Part shown: in pieces, positions 9,777-18,508 of the stretch
How the letters are laid out: each line of letters starts with the position of its first letter
How positions within the stretch are numbered: position 1 is the first letter of the stretch
From: a virus
Length of the DNA stretch: 64,000 nt
Strand: one strand, 5' to 3'
Virus record (IMG/VR): IMGVR_UViG_3300028610_001072
Coordinates: 1-64,000 of that record
Translations under genes and position numbers: made by a program
The notes under the pieces: model-generated
Databases searched by the model: none
The model's input: the letters and a program-made list of their open reading frames with translations, nothing else
What the model was told of the DNA's origin: nothing

Positions 9777-10155
9777 TTTTCTGCCACCACATTAATGATT
9801 CTTCAGCCTTGGTTAATGCCAGTGCTCGCTCTCTGGTAGCGATCAATCTCCGTTCATCCTCTGAGAATGTTACAGCCTCTTGTATTTCATTCATCCGGGC
9901 GATCACTTTTTTAAGCAGGTCCTCTGGCTCTTCCCGGCCAACTATGGTGTTGATGAATGTCATCGCCCGCTTATTGATCGCCTCGTATGCAGGGCCGTCC
10001 AATAATGTCAGCAAGACCTTCAGATGATCCGCTGCTATTTTTGACACACCCGCCAGTTCAGCAATATCAAGCACCTCTGATAATTGAACCAGTGCTTCGT
10101 TGGCTATTTTAATAAACTCCCATTGGTCATTGATTAATTGTCGTGGCTTTTCCAT
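9769..10155 (-). CDS. Tad1/Acb2-like helical-hairpin protein, paralog 2
   Basis: EDLLKKVIARMNEIQ...RERALALTKAEESLMWW resembles the Tad1 C-terminal hairpin as recalled (DLLxIVxDRLxxFQ...RENAxALTHxEEALMW). Confidence 0.55.
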   Translation of the reverse strand: MEKPRQLINDQWEFIKIANEALVQLSEVLDIAELAGVSKIAADHLKVLLTLLDGPAYEAINKRAMTFINTIVGREEPEDLLKKVIARMNEIQEAVTFSEDERRLIATRERALALTKAEESLMWWQKNG

Positions 10156-10547
10156 TATTTACCCAGTCCTTTCTCCAGCCAGAGTAATGATTCTTCAGCC
10201 TTGGTGATCGCTATTGCCCGCTCTCTCAGGCCCTTCTCCCTCTCTGGAATATCTGCTAGTGTGAGCTGTGAGGCGTTCATTGCGATGGCCTGATCTTTAT
10301 TCAACCGTGCAATTATATTTTCGAGCAACTGCTCTGGCTGTTCCTTCCCATAAACCATATTGACATATTCCAATGCACGGGCCGCGAGGATTGTATATCT
10401 CTCCCCGTGTAGTAGACTGCTCAGGGCTTCCCATTTGAAAGCCTGTTGCATTTCATCGTGATCCATTGAGACTATCGCGGTGTGTGTATCCTGAATCTCA
10501 CGGATCAGTTGATGCAGGTCATTGATAATGTCTCGGGGGTCTTCCAT
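10155..10547 (-). CDS. Tad1/Acb2-like helical-hairpin protein, paralog 1
   Basis: EQLLENIIARLNKDQ...RERAIAITKAEESLLWL; aligns full-length with 9769..10155; TAGGAG RBS. Confidence 0.55.
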   Translation of the reverse strand: MEDPRDIINDLHQLIREIQDTHTAIVSMDHDEMQQAFKWEALSSLLHGERYTILAARALEYVNMVYGKEQPEQLLENIIARLNKDQAIAMNASQLTLADIPEREKGLRERAIAITKAEESLLWLEKGLGK

Positions 10548-10571
10548 GCTATTTCTCCTATTTAACTTGAC

Positions 10572-12331
10572 TGGGCTTCAACTACCTAATTTTATTCGCT
10601 TAGTACAAATGGGTTTCTATGGAATATTGGCTCGCTGTCAAATGTTGGTTTTCTTCTTGATTCCGGCTCACTTATCTCCTTTGGTTTGCTAAACTAGAAG
10701 TGGCTCACTTTGCGATTTGGGGTTGCTATCGATTTATGGTTCGCTGATGGTTGTTGGGTTCCTTAAAATCTATGGCTCACTCCCTTTAAATGGGTTACTA
10801 GGTTCGATTGGTACGCTATATATTATCGGGTTGCTTTTCTATGTATGGCTCGCTGATTACATTCGGGTTGCTCGATCATTCCGGCTCGCTGCTCTATATC
10901 GGGCTTCTAACTTTGCACGACTCACTTAACATCAATGGGTTTCTATTGATTACAGGTCCACTTGAGTTCATTTGGATTGCTTTGATGCTTTGATTCATTT
11001 GGTCACTTTGGATTGCTATATGTTATCGGTTCACTCATTTTGTTTGGTTTGCTTTCCGCCCGTTGGTTCACTCAAATACTTACGGGTTGCTCTCTGCCTT
11101 CGGTACACTCCACTAATATGGATTCCTTAAATCTTACGGTTCGCTGATATTTATTGGGTTGCTCATTTTACACGGCTCACTCAACTTATATGGATTCCTT
11201 AAACCTTACGGTTCGTTGTAGATCACTGGGATTCTCTTTCTGCCTGACTCGCTTTAAAATGATGGGTTCCTTGACCTTTCTGGCTCGCTACAATCGGATG
11301 GATTCCTTGATCGTGCTGGCTCACTTGTATTTTTTGGGTTGCTATTCCGGCTTGATTCACTTCTGCTTATTGGGTTGCTATTCATCAATGGTTCACTAAT
11401 AGGTAACGGGGCTACTTTTCATTTCCGGTTCACTCAATACTTACGGGTTACTTTCATGTGTTGGTTCACTTGTATGGAATGGATTCCTTTCATAGTCTGG
11501 TACACTGGACATGGCCGGGTTCCTCAGATTCATTGGCTCGCTACCATCGCAAGGGTTTCTTATCAAAATTGACTCACTTGGTTCCATTGGATTTCTCAAA
11601 ACATTTGGTACGCTGTTCGTTCTCGGATTTCTCAATATGACTGGCACACTTCCTTTTGTTGGATTACTGGGATCATGTGATTCGCTACTGTTTATTGGTA
11701 TCCTTATCTGTTATTGGCCCGCTAAACTAATCTGGATTCCTTTGACCTATCGGCCCACTTGCTGGAAACGGGTTGCTGGACTCTATCTCGGTACACTTCA
11801 TGGATTCGGGTTCCTATCCGATATTGGTTCGCCTTTAATACTATGGATTGCTTCTCTTGTTTGGCGCACTTCGTTTAGCATGGATTCCTGACACTACTTT
11901 GATCCGTTTGTTTTCAACGGGTTACTACCGAAGGGTGGCCCGCTTTAACGTTGTGGTTTTCTTAATGTTGTTGACTCACTTTAAGTTGTCGTTGTAATTG
12001 CATACCTTGATTCACTTCTCATCAATGGTTTCCTTGATGGGTATGGTTCGCTTTTAACTCCGGGTTACTTGGTTCCTTGGCTCACTCAACGATACTGGAT
12101 TCCTTGTCATAGTTGGTTCGCTACTTATTACCGGGTTGCTTGATTCGATTGACTCACTTATTCAAAACCGGGTTACTATTTAACGATGGTACGCTGTGCG
12201 TGTTTGGGTTTCTTTTTGACTACGCATCTTACTGGCTCGCTGTTGTTGATTGGGCTACTCAATTCAGTTGGCTCGCTGGCTTCAGTCGGGTTTCTTGTAC
12301 TTTCCGGCCCGCTGAACATTAATGGATGACT
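10572..12331 (-). ncRNA. TIGR-like dual-repeat guide RNA array (~48 units, 36-nt period)
   Basis: Plus strand parses as YGGYTCRCT-N9-YGGRTTNCT-N9 repeated ~48 times (minus-strand sense AGYGARCCR-N9-AGNAAYCCR-N9) with variable spacers; no continuous ORF; directly downstream of a Nop-domain gene. Strand inferred from flanking genes. Confidence 0.9.
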
Positions 12332-12335
12332 TTGA

Positions 12336-12458
12336 TTAATCAGCGTTGCTATTTTTTCGGTTTCGCCGTGCCTTGATCCATCCATAGACTATCACAAGCA
12401 CTCCCGCGATCCATCCAATAATAGGCCCAATAATTAGTTCATGGTGGAGAAATGTCAT
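12336..12458 (-). CDS. 40-aa single-pass membrane micro-protein
   Basis: Manual translation MTFLHHELIIGPIIGWIAGVLVIVYGWIKARRNRKNSNAD; ATGA overlap with the stop of 12455..13351; hydrophobic segment then basic tail. Confidence 0.6.
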   Translation of the reverse strand: MTFLHHELIIGPIIGWIAGVLVIVYGWIKARRNRKNSNAD

Positions 12459-13351
12459 CCTACCTTCCGGTGCTCATCCAATCCCAGTTTCTCAACATGG
12501 TAAGGCTTCGATACCGGCAGACCTTCCAACTGTCTCCACTTAACATAGAGATCAATCAGGAATATCTTCACCATCTTGCGGATCGCCATCGCATGACGGT
12601 GCCCCGGCTTCTCCTCTTCACCATAAACCGGATGACTCTCCAGCCGGTGCTTCTCATTCTCATAGATGTCGGCATATATCGAGCCGGTTCTCAGGAATGA
12701 TGGCCCCAACACACCAATCAATTTAGTCTTTAACAATGGGTTGAAGGTGATCGAATTGCGCTTGGCGGGTTTTTTGTTCTTATCTATATAATCCACTTCA
12801 ACCAAGTGGTTTTTGGTGCGATTGCGTCCCTTACCATCGGGAACTGTGCAACGCTTGGGATCGGTTGCCACATCAAGACCGGCATAAGCCCATAACGATG
12901 ATGGATAATCAGCCTTGTAGATGTCGAACTCACTGATAATGATGGCCCCCATTGCCGGACCAACCCCCACAACCTTTTCCAAGAACTTGGTCCAGAGGGG
13001 GAAAGCTACCAATTCCTTTCCCAGTCCCCGGAACTGGCGCTCTTCCTGCTTCAGCAGGTCAAGGTAATGCCCTATAAGTGTCATCTCTGAGTCTGTGGAG
13101 ATTATGCCCTCGCCTTCCGGGTCCAGTGTGACCACGCCGTCCGTGATCCGGGTATATTCCTTGCGGAGCTTCCCCAGCAGACTTTGCTTTTTCTTATCAG
13201 ACAGGTCTTTTTCCTTGGTGCCGGGATCAATCCCCAGCTTCACTTTAAAATTACCAACCAGCCTATTTCCCATCTGGATGCGTAACTCCTGAATGTCATA
13301 GGTCCCTCTGACCATTGACCTTAATAATTCCCAACTTCTTCCACGTTTCAT
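12455..13351 (-). CDS. tasA: TasA-like stand-alone Nop/IS110-type RNA-binding protein (no RuvC/HNH)
   Basis: N-terminal coiled coil (YDIQELRIQMGNRL), VVGVGPAMGAIIISEFDI...SSLWAYAGL (IS110 Transposase_20/Nop motif), HRHAMAIRKMVKIFL; no DEDD domain, no SG catalytic loop; adjacent 36-nt array; CAGGAG RBS. Confidence 0.85.
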   Translation of the reverse strand: MKRGRSWELLRSMVRGTYDIQELRIQMGNRLVGNFKVKLGIDPGTKEKDLSDKKKQSLLGKLRKEYTRITDGVVTLDPEGEGIISTDSEMTLIGHYLDLLKQEERQFRGLGKELVAFPLWTKFLEKVVGVGPAMGAIIISEFDIYKADYPSSLWAYAGLDVATDPKRCTVPDGKGRNRTKNHLVEVDYIDKNKKPAKRNSITFNPLLKTKLIGVLGPSFLRTGSIYADIYENEKHRLESHPVYGEEEKPGHRHAMAIRKMVKIFLIDLYVKWRQLEGLPVSKPYHVEKLGLDEHRKVG

Positions 13352-13378
13352 CGGTATTCTCCTGTTTTGTTGTTTGCT

Positions 13379-13561
13379 TCAAATTTTTCCTCTCCCGATA
13401 CAGGTGGGACATGCTAACTCTTTTCCGTCCCGCTTGATTGAGCGATCCCCCTTGCACTCCGGGCATATCTTGGTTGGCCGATGCTCTCCCAGCATTTCAT
13501 CAACCTCAGTCTGCATTTCGTCAAGTTGCCGCTGGAGCCTGTCGAGATGGGATTCGCTCAT
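13379..13561 (-). CDS. Small protein with DnaJ-type zinc finger
   Basis: CPECKGD...CPTCIGRG. Confidence 0.6.
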   Translation of the reverse strand: MSESHLDRLQRQLDEMQTEVDEMLGEHRPTKICPECKGDRSIKRDGKELACPTCIGRGKI

Positions 13562-13564
13562 TTC

Positions 13565-13750
13565 TTATTGCTTCACTATGTATAATGTAATCGAGGACCC
13601 AAATATATACAGGACCACGGCACCAAAAATGTAGGGCAGGTCCGTGTACCACGGCTTCCCTAATTCTACCGCTACTCCCATTATCCAAATCAGGTATGGT
13701 ACGAAAACTGCTACTACTGCTCGCTCCATGAAATTCATACGGCGCTCCAA
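13565..13750 (-). CDS. Small two-TM membrane protein
   Basis: Two hydrophobic stretches in 61 aa. Confidence 0.5.
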   Translation of the reverse strand: MERRMNFMERAVVAVFVPYLIWIMGVAVELGKPWYTDLPYIFGAVVLYIFGSSITLYIVKQ

Positions 13751-13752
13751 TT

Positions 13753-14100
13753 TTAATTAATACTGCTGTACCGCCATTCCCACTTATGAGCCATATCCCA
13801 CCACGGACCTTCGCCGCCAGTTCGCTCGGTGATGATTAAATCATCGCCGTAGAGGCCAGTTGTGGCCTGATCATCAACCTTGGAGATTTTGGTTCTCCTG
13901 TCCCGAAGGATGATACACCTGTCTGCATCAGGTTTTTTCAGGACGCTGTGCCAAGGGGCATCGTGCCATTTACCCCCGCCTCTCAATTCCTGATTGTTCT
14001 CCCAGTATTGAGCCTTGTGGCATCGGGTACATTGCCTTTGCATTGCAGCGTCCCTTGAGAATTCCATCCACTTGTGCTTGACTATACATAACCATTTCAT
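13753..14100 (-). CDS. Hypothetical protein, DUF1660-like N-terminus
   Basis: LCIVKHKW...CTRC motif. Confidence 0.5.
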   Translation of the reverse strand: MKWLCIVKHKWMEFSRDAAMQRQCTRCHKAQYWENNQELRGGGKWHDAPWHSVLKKPDADRCIILRDRRTKISKVDDQATTGLYGDDLIITERTGGEGPWWDMAHKWEWRYSSIN

Positions 14101-14630
14101 TGTCCGATACCTTCCTTCACTGTTGCGATCCTCTTCAATGTAAGTTTGTCATGCTCCAGATAATAGCCGTGCAGCTCTTCAATCTCCGTCAGCAACTCGA
14201 GCAACGTGGTGATGTCCGCCTGCTGGCTTTCAATCTTCGTCGCCTGTGTCTGGGAATACTCCGGGAGTACCAGTTCCCCTATCTTATTGACCATCCATTC
14301 CCAAGGATTAGCCTGTGCTGCGGTCTCGTCAAATATATCCATGACCTTCTTTTTCAGACCAACCTGACCGCCCTTGGTCAGCATCTCTTCCAGTGCCACA
14401 CCCTTCCGGCCCAACTCAATTGTTTCGGCCATCTCGGTCATTGCATGTTGGTAGATGTCAGCTTGGATACCGGCTTTCACGAAGTCTGCTCTTGGCACGT
14501 TAAATATTGTTGTCTCAATGGCTTCCATGAGTATCCGCCCTACCTCAGCGGCTATGTGGTCACTTTGGGCTGGCAATTTCAGATTTCCCATTTTGTACCT
14601 CGTTTTTGTTGCGGAGAACTGTCTCCGCAT
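14097..14630 (-). CDS. Hypothetical protein
   Basis: 177-aa ORF, ATGA overlap with downstream gene. Confidence 0.55.
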   Translation of the reverse strand: MRRQFSATKTRYKMGNLKLPAQSDHIAAEVGRILMEAIETTIFNVPRADFVKAGIQADIYQHAMTEMAETIELGRKGVALEEMLTKGGQVGLKKKVMDIFDETAAQANPWEWMVNKIGELVLPEYSQTQATKIESQQADITTLLELLTEIEELHGYYLEHDKLTLKRIATVKEGIGQ

Positions 14631-14837
14631 TTTTTATATCCCGTGATATTCGCAATCGCCGCCGCATTCTTGAATGTTTTCCCTTGGCAACAATTAACCG
14701 TTCCCCCAAAATAGATCGACATAGAGGACTGATTGTATCTTTAGCAAGTGACCCCTCGATTATCAGTATTATTTCCTGCTCAATGATTATCATCTGCTTT
14801 TATCCTCTTCCCACCCCCCCCCTCAGCAGCTACGTGA

Positions 14838-15095
14838 TCACTTTGCTGGGGGAGTTTGAGATTCATTGGATGATTCTCCGCCTAGCATTAGAACATTGGG
14901 CTTGATGCCTGTCATTTTCGCATAGTCCATTTCCAATTTGAGGGTGGAAATAACCTTTCCGGTCGCATTGGTGATGGCATTGATCGCTGCTGGTGAGGTT
15001 TTGCCACTCCGTAGATTCTCGATTTCCTCAAGTAGAATACTGCGCAGATCGTTGATTGTTTTGACTTCCTGTACTTTAACTTCGTTGTCAGGCAT
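14838..15095 (-). CDS. Small helical phage protein
   Basis: Start at ATG 15095 after GGGAGG; INDLRSILLEEIENLRSG...AITNATGKVIST. Confidence 0.6.
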   Translation of the reverse strand: MPDNEVKVQEVKTINDLRSILLEEIENLRSGKTSPAAINAITNATGKVISTLKLEMDYAKMTGIKPNVLMLGGESSNESQTPPAK

Positions 15096-15756
15096 TGTGT
15101 GCCTCCCTTGCTTCTCGTTTAAGCTGCGTGTGCAGCATTTGAATCTCAACTAATTCGTCAGGGACTTCAGACCTCTTTAGTGTGGTGTGCCTAGTAAGAA
15201 TACCCCTCGCACTGGTTGTCCCTTTGGGGTACATCCTCATCGCTATTGTCCTACACGGTATAGAGCAGTATTTCCCCCTATCTTTCTGCTTTCCCAGCCC
15301 ACTAACGGACCACCTTCTCCAAAAGAATTGACCACAAATTTGACAATTCCCCCTGACAAGCGTGGGTTGCTCTGGTGCGCATTTAGCACATTTGGGTGAG
15401 CAGTATATTCTCTTGTCAATTCCATATCTAATACCTTTTGTAATATTTCTTATTGGTCCACCACACCGCAGGCACCGAAACGCTGCGATCTTTTTATCAA
15501 TTACCGCCATTTGACACTCTCGAGAACAATGCGTTGCAGTGTAGCTGTTTGATCTTAGTTCAGGTGTATCGGCATGACGACCGCAATTACTACAACGCCA
15601 AGCGTTTCTCCGAGCGCCTAATCCCTTCCTTCTACATGCTATCGAGCAGTATTTGGTAGTCGCAACAATGGCTGGGTTTACTCGGAAGGCGATCCCACAC
15701 TGGATACAAATTTTATTCGGTGGTTTCACGATGTACAACACGGTGCTTGAGGGCAT
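15088..15756 (-). CDS. Multi-zinc-finger protein (repeated CxxC...Y/HCSxxC)
   Basis: Four CxxC ... CSxxC modules (YCSIAC, HCSREC, YCSPKC, YCSIPC); no HNH motif visible. Confidence 0.7.
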   Translation of the reverse strand: MPSSTVLYIVKPPNKICIQCGIAFRVNPAIVATTKYCSIACRRKGLGARRNAWRCSNCGRHADTPELRSNSYTATHCSRECQMAVIDKKIAAFRCLRCGGPIRNITKGIRYGIDKRIYCSPKCAKCAPEQPTLVRGNCQICGQFFWRRWSVSGLGKQKDRGKYCSIPCRTIAMRMYPKGTTSARGILTRHTTLKRSEVPDELVEIQMLHTQLKREAREAHNA

Positions 15757-15772
15757 GCAGTACGGCCCATAC

Positions 15773-16180
15773 TTATCCCTTTACCTCACACCATTGTTCG
15801 CCGTCCCATTCCCAGCCGTTAGTCACTACCCAAGCATAAGGCATGATCCACGGCTCTTTAAATAATATCTCTGCAATTATTGTCTGGTAGGGAAATCTGC
15901 CATTGGCGGTCTCGTCCCATCCAATGAACTTCGAGTATATTCCGATTAATACCTTGCCGAATATATGCCATTCATTTATCGGCTCTGGTAATTTCGCGGC
16001 ATGGTTGCGATCCGTCGTCCAATCGAATTCATGGGCCACCGCTCCCTTGCATACTTCGCAGATCATTACCTCGGGATCATTCTTATCCCAATCTACTGGA
16101 CCGGGTTCACACTCGCATATTGTGTATCCGAGTATCTTGGCGATCTGGAGATTAATCTGCTGCGGTGTCGGCCATTTCAT
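15773..16180 (-). CDS. Hypothetical phage protein
   Basis: INLQIAKILGY...DWTTD pattern; start set at ATG 16180. Confidence 0.5.
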   Translation of the reverse strand: MKWPTPQQINLQIAKILGYTICECEPGPVDWDKNDPEVMICEVCKGAVAHEFDWTTDRNHAAKLPEPINEWHIFGKVLIGIYSKFIGWDETANGRFPYQTIIAEILFKEPWIMPYAWVVTNGWEWDGEQWCEVKG

Positions 16181-16182
16181 TG

Positions 16183-17720
16183 TTATCTCACTCTCTTGTA
16201 TTCGTACATTGTCCAACCAGCCTTCATTAATTCGCTTGCGGTAGCTACAAATTCGTGCAAGTTATCCTTGTTGAAAATGAACTCGGGGGAACTCTTCTGT
16301 ATCTCAGTAGTCCATAGTTGCTTTTCATCCGGCCCATACGATACTAATATCCCCTGACTGTTATGTAGCCCGTAAAGCGTGTCCACTGCTGGAGTTGCCA
16401 TTGTTTACCACCTTCCCTTTATCGATGAACATAGGGCAATCATTCAGCCCCCTGTAAAATTTATCCCAGTTCCGATGCTCACTCAGCGGCGGTGTGCTCC
16501 TGTAGCAATTCTCCTGAAGGTGACAGGCTTCCGCTAAGCAGCCGGTGATATTCGCCAGTGATCTATGCTTTACTTCGGCCACGGTGAGTTATTCCTTTTG
16601 ATTTCACCCTCGCAATCGAGTCCATCCTGTGCAGCTTTCGCTCCCAATTGAACCAGCCTGTAAATTCCTGCCATAATCATACTCCCTTATTGTTAATCGC
16701 TCTGGGTGAATGTCCTCAAAGCAGACGTACTCCCATATCTCCGGTCCCGCCGATCTGTTTTCATTATTGGATGATGCCATGTCTCGGTTTTACAATGATG
16801 GCACCAGACTACTCTGCATTCGGTGGGATGTTCAGCTATAAACTTGCTCCCAAAGTTGTGGCACCACTCACAGAGCCATGAAGTTATTGTCGTCCTGCGC
16901 TCCTCTGGTGGATCGATTGCCGCAATCTTGATGTCGTCTCTACTGCACACAAAATCCTTCATTTCCCGCGCTCTCCGATCTATGTACCGGCGGTAGGGGC
17001 TGTATTCCATGAAATACTGCGGATCACAGCCTTCCCGGATCGGTACGATGCGATCCCTGCCGGTGCGCTTTGTCATCATCCGCCTGACTGGCATCTCAGT
17101 CTCCGGGTCCCAGTTCTCTATGACATCACCCATCGATGAAAATCTGCTGACCCCTGATTTCATATCAGTACAGTGCCTGCACAGTCGCTTGTTGGCATAG
17201 CCTGCTGATCCCTTATTCGTTACCCGATGACCACACTCCAGAGTATCCACAATATTGAATGCACCAGCGGATGTGCGCTCTGGTCGGTAGGTCCGTGTGC
17301 TGACTACTTTTCTAAGCATTTCGGTGCCCCTTATAGGTCGTTGCCGTTGATGATGTTCCAAGTTATCTGCAACTCTCTGAGAGCTGCCCGCGCTTTTTCG
17401 GTATCGCAAAATGATGATACCATCTCCCCCTTGATCTGACTCATCCGGGATTCAATATGTTTCTTGGTCCTGTCCATAAGTTCCAACTGGCCCTCGTTAT
17501 GAACCTGCGCCATAGTTCTGTGCGGCTCATCGCCCGGCAGTGAAGTGATTCGACCTGTCTCTGCCAGTTCCATAACCGGCTTAATTTCGTTCATCGTATC
17601 TTTATAGAATTGATCCCCCACTGGGCCTAATGGACCCTTCTGGGATGCAACAGCAACCTTATCAATGAGGCCACTGATTATCTGACCCACGGCCAGCACT
17701 GTTTTGTTATTTTTTTCCAT
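16183..17720 (-). other. Cluster of small hypothetical CDSs (16183..16401, 16361..16582, 16693..17319, 17331..17720)
   Basis: Co-oriented ORFs, mostly tiling, with RBSs; several Cys-rich; no family recognised. Confidence 0.5.
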
Positions 17721-17752
17721 GCTAAAACTCCTCTAAGGTCAACAGATTAATC

Positions 17753-18508
17753 TTATTTCTCTTCCGGTTCCAGTTTCCGCGATACCATCATGTAGGTGAT
17801 CACCCATACCCAGTTGTTCAACTCCCACGGGTAGCCACGCTTCGCATTGATGATGTCCCATAATATTTTGTAATGAAATACATAGGTGTACGCTCCCTGC
17901 GGTTCATCCGAGTGCATCACTTTGTCAATATGCCCCCTGTGTTTGACTCCCTCAGCTTTGGCCTGCTCTTCAGTAATATCCTGAATCCGCTGGACATCAA
18001 TATTGACAGTCTCTAGTTCCAACCTGCTTGCCCACCTTGGCATAAACATCGGTGGCCGCCAGCGGCCTATAAGCTTGCCATTGGACTGGCGCTTCCAATC
18101 CTCATCAGTGTTCGCACGGTAGAATACTGGCGTACCTTCAGGCACCATCGATGGGGGGTAGTGATTGTAACCGTCCTCAAAGGCGAAGGTCTCTTTTACC
18201 CAGAGTCTGTCGCCAATATCTCCGTAGGGACACCTGACTGTATAGGTCCCCTTATCCCCCAGAAATATAAATTGTGCTTTCCCCCTGACTACAATTGGGG
18301 GGCCGAATATTTCAGACAGGTCCACATCTTCCGGTAATGGGAATCGTGCCTTGCCAGTCTTCATGTGGCCGCATTCCTTGCACTTCCCTATTTCCTTTAT
18401 CCCCTTGATGGTGATCACCCGGCGGGTCTGGGTCTTCTGGATACTGGTGTCAGGTTCCATAGTATCCCGCACACTTTTGGCGGTCATTGTGATTGGATAT
18501 TCAGCCAT
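17753..18508 (-). CDS. ASCH/PUA-like phage protein
   Basis: KTQTRR, CPYGxxGDRLWVKETF, WRPPMFMPRWASR, RIQDITEEQAKAEG, WVWVI motifs of a common phage family. Confidence 0.7.
   Translation of the reverse strand: MAEYPITMTAKSVRDTMEPDTSIQKTQTRRVITIKGIKEIGKCKECGHMKTGKARFPLPEDVDLSEIFGPPIVVRGKAQFIFLGDKGTYTVRCPYGDIGDRLWVKETFAFEDGYNHYPPSMVPEGTPVFYRANTDEDWKRQSNGKLIGRWRPPMFMPRWASRLELETVNIDVQRIQDITEEQAKAEGVKHRGHIDKVMHSDEPQGAYTYVFHYKILWDIINAKRGYPWELNNWVWVITYMMVSRKLEPEEK

Noticed and set aside
10572-12331. CRISPR array
   Set aside because: Repeats are 9 nt, degenerate and of two alternating types with ~9-nt spacers; no cas genes in the window
10717-12385. Short ORFs over the array on both strands with GSL/GFL or SEP/RNP periodicity
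   Set aside because: They are by-products of the 36-nt repeat; frames are broken by frequent 1-nt spacer length changes and stops, and no RBS is evident
13210-13245. KLGIDPG as a RuvC motif I (TasR-type nuclease)
   Set aside because: Lies in a loop within the helical N-terminal region, with no following RuvC strands or acidic residues and no room for the domain in 298 aa
12455-13351. Active IS110 transposase / insertion sequence
   Set aside because: Lacks the N-terminal DEDD RuvC-like domain and the catalytic serine loop after YAGL; embedded in a phage operon with no element ends seen
15088-15756. HNH homing endonuclease
   Set aside because: Has zinc-finger repeats often found with HNH domains, but no HNH catalytic motif is visible
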